DNA of 64,000 bases from assembly GCA_046583355.1 (NCBI GenBank), contig JAYGCM010000018.1, forward strand, positions 1,302-65,301. The letters run 5' to 3'. The position numbers and the translations under genes are program-made. The notes under the pieces are model-generated. The model did no database searches. It was not told the origin of the DNA and was given only the letters and a program-made list of their open reading frames with translations. Each line of letters opens with the position of its first letter. Positions within the stretch are counted from its first letter, which is position 1. Source of the stretch: Deltaproteobacteria bacterium. Lineage in GTDB: Bacteria > Desulfobacterota > Binatia > UBA12015. This document shows positions 51,494 to 62,589 of the stretch, in pieces.

Positions 51494-52957
51494 ATGGAAT
51501 TGCACCGCCTCGGCGAAGGCCTTACTTTTGATGATGTTCTCCTGGTTCCTGCAGGAACCGAGATCCTGCCGCGCGACGCGCGCGTCAACAGTCGTCTGAC
51601 CCGCAAGATCGCGCTCTCCATTCCCTTCGTCAGCGCGGCGATGGATACCGTAACCGAGGCGCGCACAGCGATCGCCATCGCGCAGGAGGGCGGGCTCGGC
51701 TTCATTCACAAGAATCTGTCAGTCGCGGCACAGGCCGCCGAGGTCGCCCGGGTCAAGAAATTCGAGAGCGGCATGGTCGCCGACCCACTGACCATGGGGC
51801 CTGACGAGACGCTCGCCGACGCACTTGCCATCATGCATCAGGCCGGGATCTCCGGGCTGCCGATCACCGAAGGTGGCAAACTCATCGGTATCCTCACCAA
51901 CCGCGATCTGCGTTTCGAGGAAAACCTGACCCGCAAGATCCGCGAGGTGATGACGCAGGAGAACCTCATCACCGCCGCGCCAGGTGTCTCGCTCAAGGAC
52001 GCGCGCCGTATTCTGCACCAGCATCGCATCGAGAAATTGCTCGTGGTGGATGCCGGCGGCCGACTGCATGGGCTGATCACCGTAAAAGATATCGAAAAAA
52101 CGACCCTCTTTCCCGCCGCCTGTCGCGACGAGCGCGGTCGTCTGCGGGTAGGCGCTGCGGTTGGGGTCGGCTCGGACTGGCAGGCGCGTGCCGAGGCATT
52201 GGTCCAGGCCGGCGCCGATGTGATCTGCGTCGATACAGCGCACGGCCACTCGCGCGGCGTGCTCGATACGATTGCGAATCTGAAACGTGCCTACCCCGAA
52301 CTCGAGGTCGTGGGCGGCAACGTGGGTACGGCCGACGGCGCCAAGGCCCTGATCGACGCCGGCGTCGACGGCGTGAAAGTCGGCATGGGAGTCGGTTCGA
52401 TCTGCACCACGCGCATCATCTCGGGCGTCGGCATGCCTCAAGTAACAGCGGTCGAAGACGCGAGTCGCGCTTGTCGCGACGCCGGCATCCCTCTGATTGC
52501 CGACGGCGGCATCCGCTACTCGGGCGATGTGGTCAAATGCCTCGCCTTCGGGGCCGATGCCATCATGATCGGCAGCCTCTTTGCGGGCACCGAAGAGAGT
52601 CCGGGCGAGACGATCCTCTACCAGGGACGGACCTACAAAACGTACCGCGGCATGGGTTCGCTGGGCGCAATGCAGGCCGGATCACGCGACCGCTATTTTC
52701 AGGAAGGCGAGGAAGACGCCGTCAAGCTGGTGCCGGAAGGCATCGAAGGCCGGGTGCCCTATAAGGGCTCGCTTGGCTCCAATATTCACCAACTCGTCGG
52801 CGGCATTCGCGCCGGCATGGGCTATCTCGGCGTGCCGGATCTCGAATCCCTGCGCCGTGACGCCCGCTATCTTCGTATTTCCGAGGCGGGGCATCGCGAG
52901 AGCCATGTGCACGACGTTGTGGTCGCGAAAGAAGCGCCCAACTACCGACTCGGCTGA
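51494..52957 (+). CDS. guaB: IMP dehydrogenase
   Basis: [10 protein letters not shown], tandem CBS domains, catalytic loop GVGSICTTR; start chosen at [14 protein letters not shown]. Confidence 0.9.
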   Translation: MELHRLGEGLTFDDVLLVPAGTEILPRDARVNSRLTRKIALSIPFVSAAMDTVTEARTAIAIAQEGGLGFIHKNLSVAAQAAEVARVKKFESGMVADPLTMGPDETLADALAIMHQAGISGLPITEGGKLIGILTNRDLRFEENLTRKIREVMTQENLITAAPGVSLKDARRILHQHRIEKLLVVDAGGRLHGLITVKDIEKTTLFPAACRDERGRLRVGAAVGVGSDWQARAEALVQAGADVICVDTAHGHSRGVLDTIANLKRAYPELEVVGGNVGTADGAKALIDAGVDGVKVGMGVGSICTTRIISGVGMPQVTAVEDASRACRDAGIPLIADGGIRYSGDVVKCLAFGADAIMIGSLFAGTEESPGETILYQGRTYKTYRGMGSLGAMQAGSRDRYFQEGEEDAVKLVPEGIEGRVPYKGSLGSNIHQLVGGIRAGMGYLGVPDLESLRRDARYLRISEAGHRESHVHDVVVAKEAPNYRLG

Positions 52958-52971
52958 CACTGGACGGACCC

Positions 52972-54501
52972 GTGATCGCGATCATCGACTTCGGAAGCCA
53001 ATATACCCAACTCATCGCTCGTCGCGTTCGCGAGGCGAACGTCTACTGCGAGATCATTCCCTGCACCGTCTCGGTCGAGGAGGTCGCCAGCCGTGGTGCC
53101 GATGGCATCATCCTCTCGGGTGGTCCGGCCAGCATCTACGTGGAGTCTGCGCCGCGCCTGGCGGAGGGCATCTTGCACCTCGGCGTGCCGGTACTCGGTA
53201 TCTGTTACGGCATGGCGGTGCTGAACCTCTCGGGCGGCGCTGAGGTCGAGGCGGCCGAGCGCGGCGAATACGGCCGGACGGATGTCGAAATCCTCGATGA
53301 TGCCGATCTTTTTGCCGGCTTCGAGACTGGCGCCCTGACGACCGTCTGGATGTCGCATGGCGACCGTATGGAAACGCTGCCGGAGGGATGGAAACTCTTG
53401 GCACGCAGTGCCAACGCACCGATTCAGGCGTTCCGCGACCCGACCGGCCGACTCTTCGGCGTGCAATTCCACCCCGAGGTCGTGCACTCCGAGCGCGGCG
53501 CCGAAATGATCAACAACTTTCTCTTCAAGGTCTGCAAGGTCGCAGCCGATTGGACGGCCGACTCCTTTGTCGACTCGACGATCGCGCGTCTACGCGAACA
53601 AGCCGGCGAGGGCATCGTGATCTGTGCGCTTTCGGGCGGCGTCGACTCGACAGTGGCTGCCGTGCTGCTGCACCGGGCGATCGGCGACCGTCTGAAATGC
53701 GTTTTTGTCGACAACGGCCTATTGCGTCAGGGCGACCGCGTTGTGGTCGAAGAGACTCTGGCTCACCTCGGCCTCGATATCACCACAATCGATGCGGCGG
53801 ATCGCTTCTTCGCAGCCCTCGACGGCGTCACCGACCCCGAGCTCAAGCGCAAACGAATCGGCAACCTCTTCATCGAAATCTTTGAAGAAGAGGCGGCCAA
53901 GCTCGACGATGTTCGCTTCCTCGCCCAGGGCACTCTTTACCCCGATGTGATCGAGTCGATCTCGGTCAATGGGCCTTCGGCCACCATCAAGACGCATCAT
54001 AATGTCGGCGGTCTCCCCGATCGCATGAAGCTCAAGCTGATCGAGCCCTTGCGTGAGCTTTTCAAGGACGAAGTGCGCCGCGTCGGTCGCGAACTCGGCC
54101 TCAGCGCCGAATTGGTCGACCGCGAGCCCTTCCCAGGGCCCGGTTTCGCCGTGCGGATTCTCGGTCTGGTTACACCCAAGCAGGCCGAACTCCTGCGGGC
54201 CGCAGATGCTGTAGTACGTGATGTATTGAAAGATCAGGGCGAGAGTACGCGACTTTGGCAGGGATTTGCGGTATTGCTGCCCGTAATGACAGTGGGGGTA
54301 CAAGGCGATGAACGGACCTACGATCAAGTGATCGCAGTGCGTTGCGTTGAGAGCCTCGACGGCATGACGGCCGATTGGGCGCGCCTCTCCTTCGAGACCA
54401 TGGAGATCCTCGGACGTCGCGTGACCAACGAAGTCCGCGGCATCAATCGCGTAGTTTACGATATCTCCTCCAAGCCGCCTGCGACCATCGAGTGGGAATG
54501 A
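52972..54501 (+). CDS. guaA: GMP synthase (glutamine-hydrolysing)
   Basis: GATase domain (GICYG, FHPEV) plus ATP-PPase SGGVDS motif. C-terminus PATIEWE; 509 aa. Confidence 0.95.
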   Translation: MIAIIDFGSQYTQLIARRVREANVYCEIIPCTVSVEEVASRGADGIILSGGPASIYVESAPRLAEGILHLGVPVLGICYGMAVLNLSGGAEVEAAERGEYGRTDVEILDDADLFAGFETGALTTVWMSHGDRMETLPEGWKLLARSANAPIQAFRDPTGRLFGVQFHPEVVHSERGAEMINNFLFKVCKVAADWTADSFVDSTIARLREQAGEGIVICALSGGVDSTVAAVLLHRAIGDRLKCVFVDNGLLRQGDRVVVEETLAHLGLDITTIDAADRFFAALDGVTDPELKRKRIGNLFIEIFEEEAAKLDDVRFLAQGTLYPDVIESISVNGPSATIKTHHNVGGLPDRMKLKLIEPLRELFKDEVRRVGRELGLSAELVDREPFPGPGFAVRILGLVTPKQAELLRAADAVVRDVLKDQGESTRLWQGFAVLLPVMTVGVQGDERTYDQVIAVRCVESLDGMTADWARLSFETMEILGRRVTNEVRGINRVVYDISSKPPATIEWE

Positions 54502-54514
54502 GGGGGAAGATGCT

Positions 54515-57500
54515 TTGAGCTTCGTCCACCTCCATACGCATACGCAATACTCGCTCCTTGACGGAGCGAATAAGATCAAGGATCTAGTTCCGCATGTCGC
54601 GGCGGCCGGAATGTCGGCTCTCGCGATGACCGACCATGGCAATATGTTCGGCGCGGTCGACTTCTACAAAACCTGCGAAGCCGGAGGCATACAGCCGATC
54701 ATCGGCTGCGAGGTTTATGTCGCGCCGCGCTCGCGCTTTGACAAGGCCCAGGCACGCAGCGAAGACCCGGAGACCGGCGGCAACTACCATTTGGTCCTGC
54801 TGGCACGAAACGAAAAAGGCTACCGCAACCTCTGCCGACTCGTGACCCAGGCCTACACCGAAGGCTTCTATTACAAGCCCCGGATCGACCGGGAGCTACT
54901 CGAAGAATTCAACGAAGGCCTCTTCTGCCTCTCGGGTTGTCTCGGCAGCGAGGTGAACCAGGCAATCCAACGGGGAGATATCGCGAAGGCACACCAGGTC
55001 GCCGCCGATTTCGCCACGATTTTCGACAAGGACCGCTATTATATCGAGGTCCAGGACAATCATATGAAAGAGCAGGAGGTCTCGAATCGCGAGCTCTTCT
55101 CTCTGGCAAAAAAGCTCGGCTTGCCGCTGATCGCCACCAACGATTGCCATTATCTGCAACCCGGCGATGCCGAGGCGCATGAAGCGCTGCTCTGCATCCA
55201 GACCGGCAAGACCCTCAGCGATCCGACCCGCTTCAAATTCCCCACCGACCAACTCTTCGTCAAGACCCCCGAGCAGATGGCGAACGCCTTCCGCGACTAT
55301 CCCGAAGCGATCTCGAATACCGTGGACCTCGCCAAGCGTTGCGATTTCAAGATGAGCTTCGGGCAATACGAGTTCCCGAACTACGAACTGGACGCAGACG
55401 ATACCCTGGAGGCCGCACTCGAGCGCGACAGCCGTGCAGGGCTCGCCAAACGGCTCAAAGCGGCGCGAAAATTCGACAAGAACTGGGATGAGAATCGCGT
55501 TCCCGAATACGAGGAGCGCCTGAATATCGAGTTGAAGGTCATCAAATCGATGGGCTTCGCCGGTTATTTCCTGATCGTTGCGGATTTCATTCTCTGGGCC
55601 AAGCGCCAGGGCATTCCGGTCGGGCCGGGCCGCGGTTCGGCGGCCGGCAGCCTGGTTGCCTACTCGATGGAAATCACCGACATCGATCCGATCCCGCTGG
55701 GCCTTCTCTTCGAGCGCTTCCTCAACCCGGAACGCATCTCGATGCCGGATATCGACGTCGATTTCTGTTATGAACGGCGCGACGAAGTGATCCAATATGT
55801 GCGAGAGAAATACGGCGCAGACCGCGTCGCGCAGATCATCACCTTCGGAACCCTGAAGGGCAAGGCTGCCCTGAAGGATGTCGGCCGGGTGCTCGAGTTC
55901 ACCTACGCCGAGACCGACAAGATGGCGAAGCTCTACCCGACCGCACGTCAGGGCAAAGATTACCCCCTGCAAGCAGCGCTGGAGATGGAACCGAAGCTCA
56001 AGGAAATCGCCACGGCCGGCGACCGCGAGCGCCAACTCTTTGCCTACGCCACAAAGCTCGAAGGCCTGATGCGCCATTCGTCCAAGCACGCAGCCGGCCT
56101 GGTCGTGGGTTGCCGCCCGCTGGTCGAATCGCTGCCGCTTTGCGTCGACAAAGGCAACCTGATCACCCAATTCCCGGGCGGTGATGTCGAAGCCATCGGG
56201 TTGATCAAATTCGATTTCCTCGGCCTCAAGAACCTCACGCTGATCGCCGATATCGTGCGCCGGGTCAAAGAAACACGCGGTGTCGAGGTCGATCTTGCGA
56301 CGCTGCCTCGCGACGACCCCAAAAGCTACCGGATCTTCTGCAAGGGTGAGACCGTCGGCATCTTCCAGATGGAATCCAGCGGCATGAGTGAGCTCGTGCA
56401 GCGGCTCAAGCCGACCACCTTCGAGGAGATCACGGCGGTCAACGCGCTCTATCGGCCGGGTCCGCTCGACTCGGGCATGACCGATAATTTCGTTGACCGA
56501 AAGCATGGTCGCGAGGACGTCGCCTATCCGCACCCCAAGCTCGAGGGCATCCTGAAAGAAACCTTCGGCATCATGGTCTACCAGGAGCAGGTCATGCAAT
56601 CGGCGCAGATCCTCGCCGGCTACTCGCTTGGTGATGCCGATAATCTGCGCCGCGCCATGGGCAAGAAAAAAGTCGACGTCATGGCCAAGGAGCGCGAGCG
56701 CTTCATGTCCGGCTGCAAGAAGAACAAGATTCCGCACGAGCAGGCCGGATCGATCTTCGACCAGATGGAGACCTTCGCGGGCTACGGCTTCAACAAAAGC
56801 CACGCCGCAGCCTATGCCCTGATCTCCTTCCAGACCGCTTATCTCAAAGCGCATTACCCCGATGAATTCATCGCCGGATTGATGACGCTGGAGATGGGCG
56901 ATAGCGACAAAACGCACAAGAATATCGCCGAGGCGCGGGCCCGAAAAATTGAAGTATTGCCGCCCGATATCAACGAAAGCCACGCGGATTTCACCGTCGT
57001 GGCGCCGCGCAAAATTCGCTTCGGCCTGGGCGCCGTCAAGGGCTTGGGCAGCAAAGCGATCGAAGCCATCCTCGCCGAACGCAAGGACCGCGGCCCCTTT
57101 ATCGGCCTGGACGACCTGATTTCGCGGGTGCGGGCTGCCGGCGTCAATAAAAAGGCGCTGGATAGTCTGGTCAAATGCGGCGCATTTGATTTCTGCGGAA
57201 TTGAGCGCTCGACCATGGCCGGGGCGCTCGACGATATTCTGCGCTGGGCACAGGTCGCAGCGAGTAACGTGAATCAGCATAATCTCTTTGCCAGTGGCCC
57301 GGCCGGCGAGCCGGAGCGCTTCCGCTTCGAGCGCGGCGCCGAGTGGGGCGAGGCCGAGAAGCTCCGCCAGGAGAAAGACACGCTCGGCTTCTTCATCACC
57401 GGACATCCGCTCGACCGCTACAAACGCCAACTCAGCAAGCTGGTCACGGCGCGCACGATGGACCTCAAGCAGATGCCGAACCAGCAGAAGGTCACGCTAG

Positions 57501-57979
57501 CGGGCGTAATTCAGGGCCTACGTGCCAAGAACACTCGCAAAGGCGACCGCTATGCGAGCTTCTATTTCGAAGACCTGCACGGCCACGTCGAGGTGATTGC
57601 CTGGCCCGACACTTACCGGAAGCACGAGGAACTCTTCGCGACCGACGAGCCGCTCTGCCTGAGTGGCCGGCTCGATGTGACCGAGGAGCGCTGTCAGGTG
57701 ATTGTGGAGAAGATCGTGCGCCTCGATGACGCACGGGCGCGCTCGGTCCGCGAGGTACAGATCCGAATTCGCGAAGAAGAAATCACGGAATCGGAGATCC
57801 GTCATCTCGGCCGCACGCTGGAGCACCATCGCGGGGAGATTCCGGCCTACCTGCATATCATCCGCAAACGCTTCGAGACCCGCATCGCCTTGGAATCTCA
57901 TCCGCTTTCGACGACTCAGGATCTTCTCGTGGCGCTCTCGGAGCGCTTCTCGAAGGCCGAAGTCCGATTCATTACCTGA
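54515..57979 (+). CDS. dnaE: DNA polymerase III subunit alpha
   Basis: PHP domain (FVHLHTHTQYSLLDG), polymerase core, OB fold; 1154 aa. Confidence 0.95.
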   Translation: MSFVHLHTHTQYSLLDGANKIKDLVPHVAAAGMSALAMTDHGNMFGAVDFYKTCEAGGIQPIIGCEVYVAPRSRFDKAQARSEDPETGGNYHLVLLARNEKGYRNLCRLVTQAYTEGFYYKPRIDRELLEEFNEGLFCLSGCLGSEVNQAIQRGDIAKAHQVAADFATIFDKDRYYIEVQDNHMKEQEVSNRELFSLAKKLGLPLIATNDCHYLQPGDAEAHEALLCIQTGKTLSDPTRFKFPTDQLFVKTPEQMANAFRDYPEAISNTVDLAKRCDFKMSFGQYEFPNYELDADDTLEAALERDSRAGLAKRLKAARKFDKNWDENRVPEYEERLNIELKVIKSMGFAGYFLIVADFILWAKRQGIPVGPGRGSAAGSLVAYSMEITDIDPIPLGLLFERFLNPERISMPDIDVDFCYERRDEVIQYVREKYGADRVAQIITFGTLKGKAALKDVGRVLEFTYAETDKMAKLYPTARQGKDYPLQAALEMEPKLKEIATAGDRERQLFAYATKLEGLMRHSSKHAAGLVVGCRPLVESLPLCVDKGNLITQFPGGDVEAIGLIKFDFLGLKNLTLIADIVRRVKETRGVEVDLATLPRDDPKSYRIFCKGETVGIFQMESSGMSELVQRLKPTTFEEITAVNALYRPGPLDSGMTDNFVDRKHGREDVAYPHPKLEGILKETFGIMVYQEQVMQSAQILAGYSLGDADNLRRAMGKKKVDVMAKERERFMSGCKKNKIPHEQAGSIFDQMETFAGYGFNKSHAAAYALISFQTAYLKAHYPDEFIAGLMTLEMGDSDKTHKNIAEARARKIEVLPPDINESHADFTVVAPRKIRFGLGAVKGLGSKAIEAILAERKDRGPFIGLDDLISRVRAAGVNKKALDSLVKCGAFDFCGIERSTMAGALDDILRWAQVAASNVNQHNLFASGPAGEPERFRFERGAEWGEAEKLRQEKDTLGFFITGHPLDRYKRQLSKLVTARTMDLKQMPNQQKVTLAGVIQGLRAKNTRKGDRYASFYFEDLHGHVEVIAWPDTYRKHEELFATDEPLCLSGRLDVTEERCQVIVEKIVRLDDARARSVREVQIRIREEEITESEIRHLGRTLEHHRGEIPAYLHIIRKRFETRIALESHPLSTTQDLLVALSERFSKAEVRFIT

Positions 57980-57989
57980 CGGAGCCGAT

Positions 57990-59324
57990 TTGTCGAAATC
58001 CAGACGCTCTTTGCATTCCACTGTTGCCAAAAAGGAAACCGCCTATCTGGTCGGTTTCGATAATGGGCGCATTTCCGCGGACGCACTCGCACTTGACGAG
58101 TCGCTCGATGAGTTACAACGCCTATGCGAGAGTGCGGGCGCCCGCGTCGTCGGCCGCACCTTTCAGCGGCGTGCCAAACCAGACGTCCGCACCTACGTCG
58201 GCTTGGGCAAAGTCGAGGAGATCAAGCAGGCGGTCTGGGACCTTTGCGCCGATATCGTGATTTTCGACGATCCGCTCTCGCCCAACCAACAACGTAACCT
58301 GGAGCGCGAACTGGGCCTGGACCCGGGCGGCGAGCCGACGATCCGCGTGCTCGACCGCAGCCAACTCATCCTCGATATCTTCGCGCGACGAGCGCGTACC
58401 CTTGAGGGGAAATTGCAAGTCGAGCTGGCTCAGCTGGAATACCTCGTGCCGCGGCTGACGCGCCATTGGACCCATCTCTCGCGCCAGCGCGGCGGCGGCG
58501 TCGGAACCCGCGGGCCAGGCGAGACCCAGCTGGAGGTCGATCGTCGTCGGGTGCGCGAGCGCATGGCGATGCTGCATCGCCGACTGCGTGAGGTTGCCCG
58601 GACGCGCGAATTGCATCGCCGCGAACGGGCCGAGGTTCCCTTCCCGACGATCGCGCTCGTCGGGTATACCAACGCCGGAAAATCGACCTTGATGCGCGCG
58701 CTCACCGGTGCCGATGTACTGATCGACGACCTCCTCTTCGCCACACTCGACCCGACGATCCGCAAATTGGAATTGCCCGAATCCGGACGCGTTCTGGTGA
58801 GCGATACCGTCGGCTTCGTGCATAAATTGCCGCACGAGCTTGTCGAGGCTTTCAAGAGCACGCTGGATGAGGTCCGCGAGGCCGATCTATTGATCCACCT
58901 GATCGACGCGTCGAGCCCGGCCCATGATGTCCACCGCGGCGTCGTGCGCGCTGTTCTGGCCGATATCGATGCGGCTGATGTGCCGATGCTGGAGGTCTGG
59001 AACAAGATCGACCGCCTGGGCGTAGACGAGCGCGAAGACCTGGAGCCCTATATCCGGCGCGAGGGAATGCTGGCGATCTCAGCTGAGGCCGAGATCGGAT
59101 TGGAGGCACTTTGTGCGGCGATCGACTCGCGCATCGTTGCAAATCTCGGACGCGAGGAGTTCTTCGTTCCCTTTGCCCGCGGCGATGTGCTGGCCCGCCT
59201 GCACCGCGAAGCCTCGGTCCAGAATCTGGCACCCGAGGATGAAGGCACCCGAGTCGACGTGCTCATCACAGCCAAACTCGCCGGCCAGATCCGCCATGCG
59301 CTGGGGGAGGGCGGCGGTTGCTGA
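57990..59324 (+). CDS. hflX: GTPase HflX
   Basis: HflX N-domain then G-domain (GYTNAGKSTL, DTVGF, NKID). No ATG lies between the dnaE stop and the conserved region, so a TTG start at 57990 or 58011 is assumed. Confidence 0.8.
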   Translation: MSKSRRSLHSTVAKKETAYLVGFDNGRISADALALDESLDELQRLCESAGARVVGRTFQRRAKPDVRTYVGLGKVEEIKQAVWDLCADIVIFDDPLSPNQQRNLERELGLDPGGEPTIRVLDRSQLILDIFARRARTLEGKLQVELAQLEYLVPRLTRHWTHLSRQRGGGVGTRGPGETQLEVDRRRVRERMAMLHRRLREVARTRELHRRERAEVPFPTIALVGYTNAGKSTLMRALTGADVLIDDLLFATLDPTIRKLELPESGRVLVSDTVGFVHKLPHELVEAFKSTLDEVREADLLIHLIDASSPAHDVHRGVVRAVLADIDAADVPMLEVWNKIDRLGVDEREDLEPYIRREGMLAISAEAEIGLEALCAAIDSRIVANLGREEFFVPFARGDVLARLHREASVQNLAPEDEGTRVDVLITAKLAGQIRHALGEGGGC

Positions 59325-59866
59325 ATATCCCGAATAGCCTCACCATGCTGCGCATCTGTATGATTCCCGGCATCATCATCGCGCTCGATTACGGCCATTT
59401 CGGTGTGGGTTTCGGGCTCTTCGTCGCGGCCGGCATCACCGACGGCCTCGACGGGCTGATCGCGCGCATGACCAATACCCGCACCGAATTGGGCGCCTAC
59501 CTGGACCCATTGGCGGATAAGGGCCTGGTGCTCGCCTTGCTGGTGTCGCTGACTTCGCTGGGTCAGGTACCGGGGTGGGTCTTGACGATCATCCTGACCC
59601 GCGACATCATCTGCCTCGGCGGCTATCTTCTGCTCTTTTTCTTGACAGGGGAACAGCTCGAAGTCCGCCCGAGTCGAATCGGAAAAATGGCGACCTTCCT
59701 GCAACTCACCGGCATCGCCGGCGCACTCCTGATTCTCTGGCAACCCTTCGTGGCAGCGAGCCTTCCCGACCAACTCGTGCTTGAGGTAGCGGCGATCATC
59801 ACCGCGGCTGCCGGCATTCAATACGTGACACGCGGCCTACTCTGGTACCAGGAGCAGCCGAGTTAG
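59318..59866 (+). CDS. pgsA: CDP-diacylglycerol--glycerol-3-phosphate 3-phosphatidyltransferase (CDP-alcohol phosphatidyltransferase family)
   Basis: TTG start; NIPNSLTMLRI, DGxxAR...G...D...D motif (TDGLDGLIAR...GAYLDPLADK); 182 aa. Confidence 0.8.
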   Translation: MLNIPNSLTMLRICMIPGIIIALDYGHFGVGFGLFVAAGITDGLDGLIARMTNTRTELGAYLDPLADKGLVLALLVSLTSLGQVPGWVLTIILTRDIICLGGYLLLFFLTGEQLEVRPSRIGKMATFLQLTGIAGALLILWQPFVAASLPDQLVLEVAAIITAAAGIQYVTRGLLWYQEQPS

Positions 59867-59875
59867 GAGAGAGAG

Positions 59876-60706
59876 ATGCAGGGACGAAGCTCGCTTCACA
59901 AAGGACTTCTTTGGGCGGCTTTTTGCGTTGCCCTCGCCGGCGCTAACGCCGGGGCGGAGACCAGCGGTCGCGCCACCATGGACCGATTGCGCACCTTGGA
60001 GCATGGTGCGCGCAATTGGCAAGATCGCAGCCAGACGCTGGCGTTGCAGATCTTCGACCGTCGCGGCGGGCAGCGCGCCCGTTCGTTGGTGATGAAAACC
60101 AAACGGACGGAACCCGGCGAGGACCGGACGCTGACGGTATTCACGGCGCCAGCGGAACTCCGCGGCACGGCGTTCCTGCAATTTGCCCATAGCGACCGCG
60201 ACGCCGAGCAATGGCTTTATTTACCTGAGATGGAACGCGTCCGACGGATCACCTCACGGGCCAAGAAGCAGAGCTTCATGGGAACCGATTTCAGCTACCG
60301 CGACCTGGAATTATTGAGCGATGTGGTGGAATGGACCGAGGCCGACGCCTCGGCCCGGAGCCTGGACGTGGTCGATTGGGAAGGCGGCAAGGCCGAGCGC
60401 ATCGAGCTGCGTTCGGCCGGTAAAGAAATCGGCTACGAACGCATCGTGGTTACCGTGGCCAAGCCCGCGCTGATCCTGCGCCGCATGGAATTTTTCACAG
60501 AAGGCGATCAACCCGCAAAGGTTCTCGACCTCGACCAGATCCGCGACGTGAAGGGAATCCCGACACCGGGGCGCATGGTGATGGTACAGCCCGCACGCGG
60601 CAGCCGCACCGAGATCCTTGTCTCCAATATCGGCTATGACGCCGGATTGTCGGCGCGGCTCTTCAGCCAGCGGTCATTGGAGCGGAGTCTCGATTCCATC
60701 GAGTGA
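59876..60706 (+). CDS. outer-membrane lipoprotein-sorting (LolA-like) family protein
   Basis: Signal peptide; hallmark FMGTDFSYRDL motif of the LolA-like family. Confidence 0.65.
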   Translation: MQGRSSLHKGLLWAAFCVALAGANAGAETSGRATMDRLRTLEHGARNWQDRSQTLALQIFDRRGGQRARSLVMKTKRTEPGEDRTLTVFTAPAELRGTAFLQFAHSDRDAEQWLYLPEMERVRRITSRAKKQSFMGTDFSYRDLELLSDVVEWTEADASARSLDVVDWEGGKAERIELRSAGKEIGYERIVVTVAKPALILRRMEFFTEGDQPAKVLDLDQIRDVKGIPTPGRMVMVQPARGSRTEILVSNIGYDAGLSARLFSQRSLERSLDSIE

Positions 60707-61477
60707 TGTGGTGCTTGGTGCCGCCGCTGATGGGCGCAGAGCGATCTTCCGGTAGGGCGTCCGACAGGGTGCGCCGGCGGCGTGGAAATATTGCTTTTCG
60801 CCTTTGTCGTCAATGAGAATGATGCTTGAGGAGCGCGTGCCGTAGACCGAGGTATGAATGCAGAGTTGGTCGGTCGGCTGCCGATCGTCGACGGCCGTGC
60901 GGTGATCAGCCAGCACACGGCGCAGGGAAGAGAGCAGGGCGCTGCGATCGGCTGCGCGACAAAAGGCCTCACCGGTGGCCTCGAAATGCTGCCAGGAATG
61001 CGAGATGCGAGTGCATTCATGATCGTCAAGGTCGAGGTTGGTAAGTACATGCAGGCCGGGTGCCAGTTCCTCGACGTCCATACCCGCACGGCGATTCTGT
61101 GCAACAAAGGCGCGCGTCGTGTCGGCGACAAGAATATTGAAGGGGTTATGCCGATCGGTGGGCGTCGCCGCGAGAAGCTTTGCCGCCGCCGTGGCGTCGG
61201 GGCAGCGAGCGAGTTCCAGGCAGAGTTCGCCGCGCGAGCGGAGCGCCGGGTCGGCCGCACGCGGTGTGCGCCTATTCAGTACGCCGACGATCAGACCATG
61301 CTCCGAGAGCGTCAGCCATGAGCCTCCGGCGACCTCATCGCGGCCGCCGATAATCTGCGGCATCGTCTCCAATACCATCGGGCCGCGGGTGGGCCGTGCG
61401 AGGAATTCATCGCGGTTGGCCGCGACCAACACCGGCAATCCGGGCAGGTAGCGATGGTAGATCGCAAGCGTGCACAC
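60674..61477 (-). CDS. NRDE family protein
   Basis: LVAANRDEFLARPT motif close to the N-terminus; GTG start at VCTLAIY assumed. Confidence 0.7.
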   Translation of the reverse strand: MCTLAIYHRYLPGLPVLVAANRDEFLARPTRGPMVLETMPQIIGGRDEVAGGSWLTLSEHGLIVGVLNRRTPRAADPALRSRGELCLELARCPDATAAAKLLAATPTDRHNPFNILVADTTRAFVAQNRRAGMDVEELAPGLHVLTNLDLDDHECTRISHSWQHFEATGEAFCRAADRSALLSSLRRVLADHRTAVDDRQPTDQLCIHTSVYGTRSSSIILIDDKGEKQYFHAAGAPCRTPYRKIALRPSAAAPSTTSLDGIETPLQ

Positions 61478-61603
61478 GTTGGCGTGCTCTAGAGGTCCGA
61501 CCGAAAAGTGCAACGGGGCGCAGTCCCACCACGCCCCTCCACGGCCGTGTCGAGGCGCGCGTTGTCAGGCCTCCAGCACAAATGCTAGCGTTCCCTGAAG
61601 CCC

Positions 61604-62581
61604 ATGTTTGCTTCTATTGATGATGTAATGGAGCGCTTCGCCGAGCAGCGCTATATCTGCAGCCGGCCGATCGCGACCGTAGTCTATCTCGCCTCCGAGA
61701 TGGGCAAGCCGATCCTGATCGAGGGACCCGCCGGCGTCGGCAAGACCGAGCTTGCCAAAGTGGTCGCTAGCGCGACCGGCCATCCGCTGATCCGCCTCCA
61801 ATGTTACGAAGGACTCGACGAGGCCAAGGCACTCTACGAGTGGGAATACGGCAAGCAACTCCTCTATACCCAGATCCTCAAGGACAAAATCTCCGAAATT
61901 CTGGCCGGTACCAAAACGCTGGACGAGGCCGTCGAGCGCATCAGCCAGCAGGATAGTGTCTTCTTCTCGGAGCGTTTCATCCTGCCGCGACCCTTGCTGG
62001 CGGCGATCCGCTCCGAAGAGCCGACCATTTTGCTGATCGATGAGATCGACAAGGCCGACCCGGAATTCGAGGCCTTTCTGCTTGAAGTACTGAGCGATTT
62101 CCAGGTCAGCGTGCCGGAACTCGGCACAATCACGGCCCGCTCGCAGCCTCTGGCCATCCTGACCAGCAACAGCAGCCGCGAGGTCTCTGATGCCCTCAAG
62201 CGACGCTGCCTGCATCTCTTTATCGATTTCCCTGACCGCGACCAGGAACTGAGAATCGTCCGCCTCAAGGTGCCGGAACTGGAAGAGCGCCTGGCCGAAG
62301 AGGTCGTCACTATCGTGCAAAGAGTTCGCCGACTCGACCTGAAAAAAGCACCGAGCATCAGCGAGACGCTCGATTGGTCCAAGGCTCTGGCGATTCTCAA
62401 CGTCGAATCGCTTGGCGAGGCTCAGGTGCGCGAGACATTGAGCACAATCTTCAAATACGAAGGTGATATGCGCAAGGCCGAGACCGAGCTACGCGAGTTC
62501 GTCGCGCGCAAGAAGGTCGCCGCGGATGCCGCCGAGGCGACCAAGGCCGCGGCCGATTCCAAGGACGATGTCCTTCATTAG
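61604..62581 (+). CDS. MoxR-family AAA+ ATPase (CoxD-like)
   Basis: Walker A (EGPAGVGKTELAK) and Walker B (LLIDEIDKA); 325 aa. Confidence 0.9.
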   Translation: MFASIDDVMERFAEQRYICSRPIATVVYLASEMGKPILIEGPAGVGKTELAKVVASATGHPLIRLQCYEGLDEAKALYEWEYGKQLLYTQILKDKISEILAGTKTLDEAVERISQQDSVFFSERFILPRPLLAAIRSEEPTILLIDEIDKADPEFEAFLLEVLSDFQVSVPELGTITARSQPLAILTSNSSREVSDALKRRCLHLFIDFPDRDQELRIVRLKVPELEERLAEEVVTIVQRVRRLDLKKAPSISETLDWSKALAILNVESLGEAQVRETLSTIFKYEGDMRKAETELREFVARKKVAADAAEATKAAADSKDDVLH

Positions 62582-62589
62582 GTAACGGC

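Noticed and set aside
54896-57430. 844-aa minus-strand ORF
   Set aside because: Antisense to dnaE.
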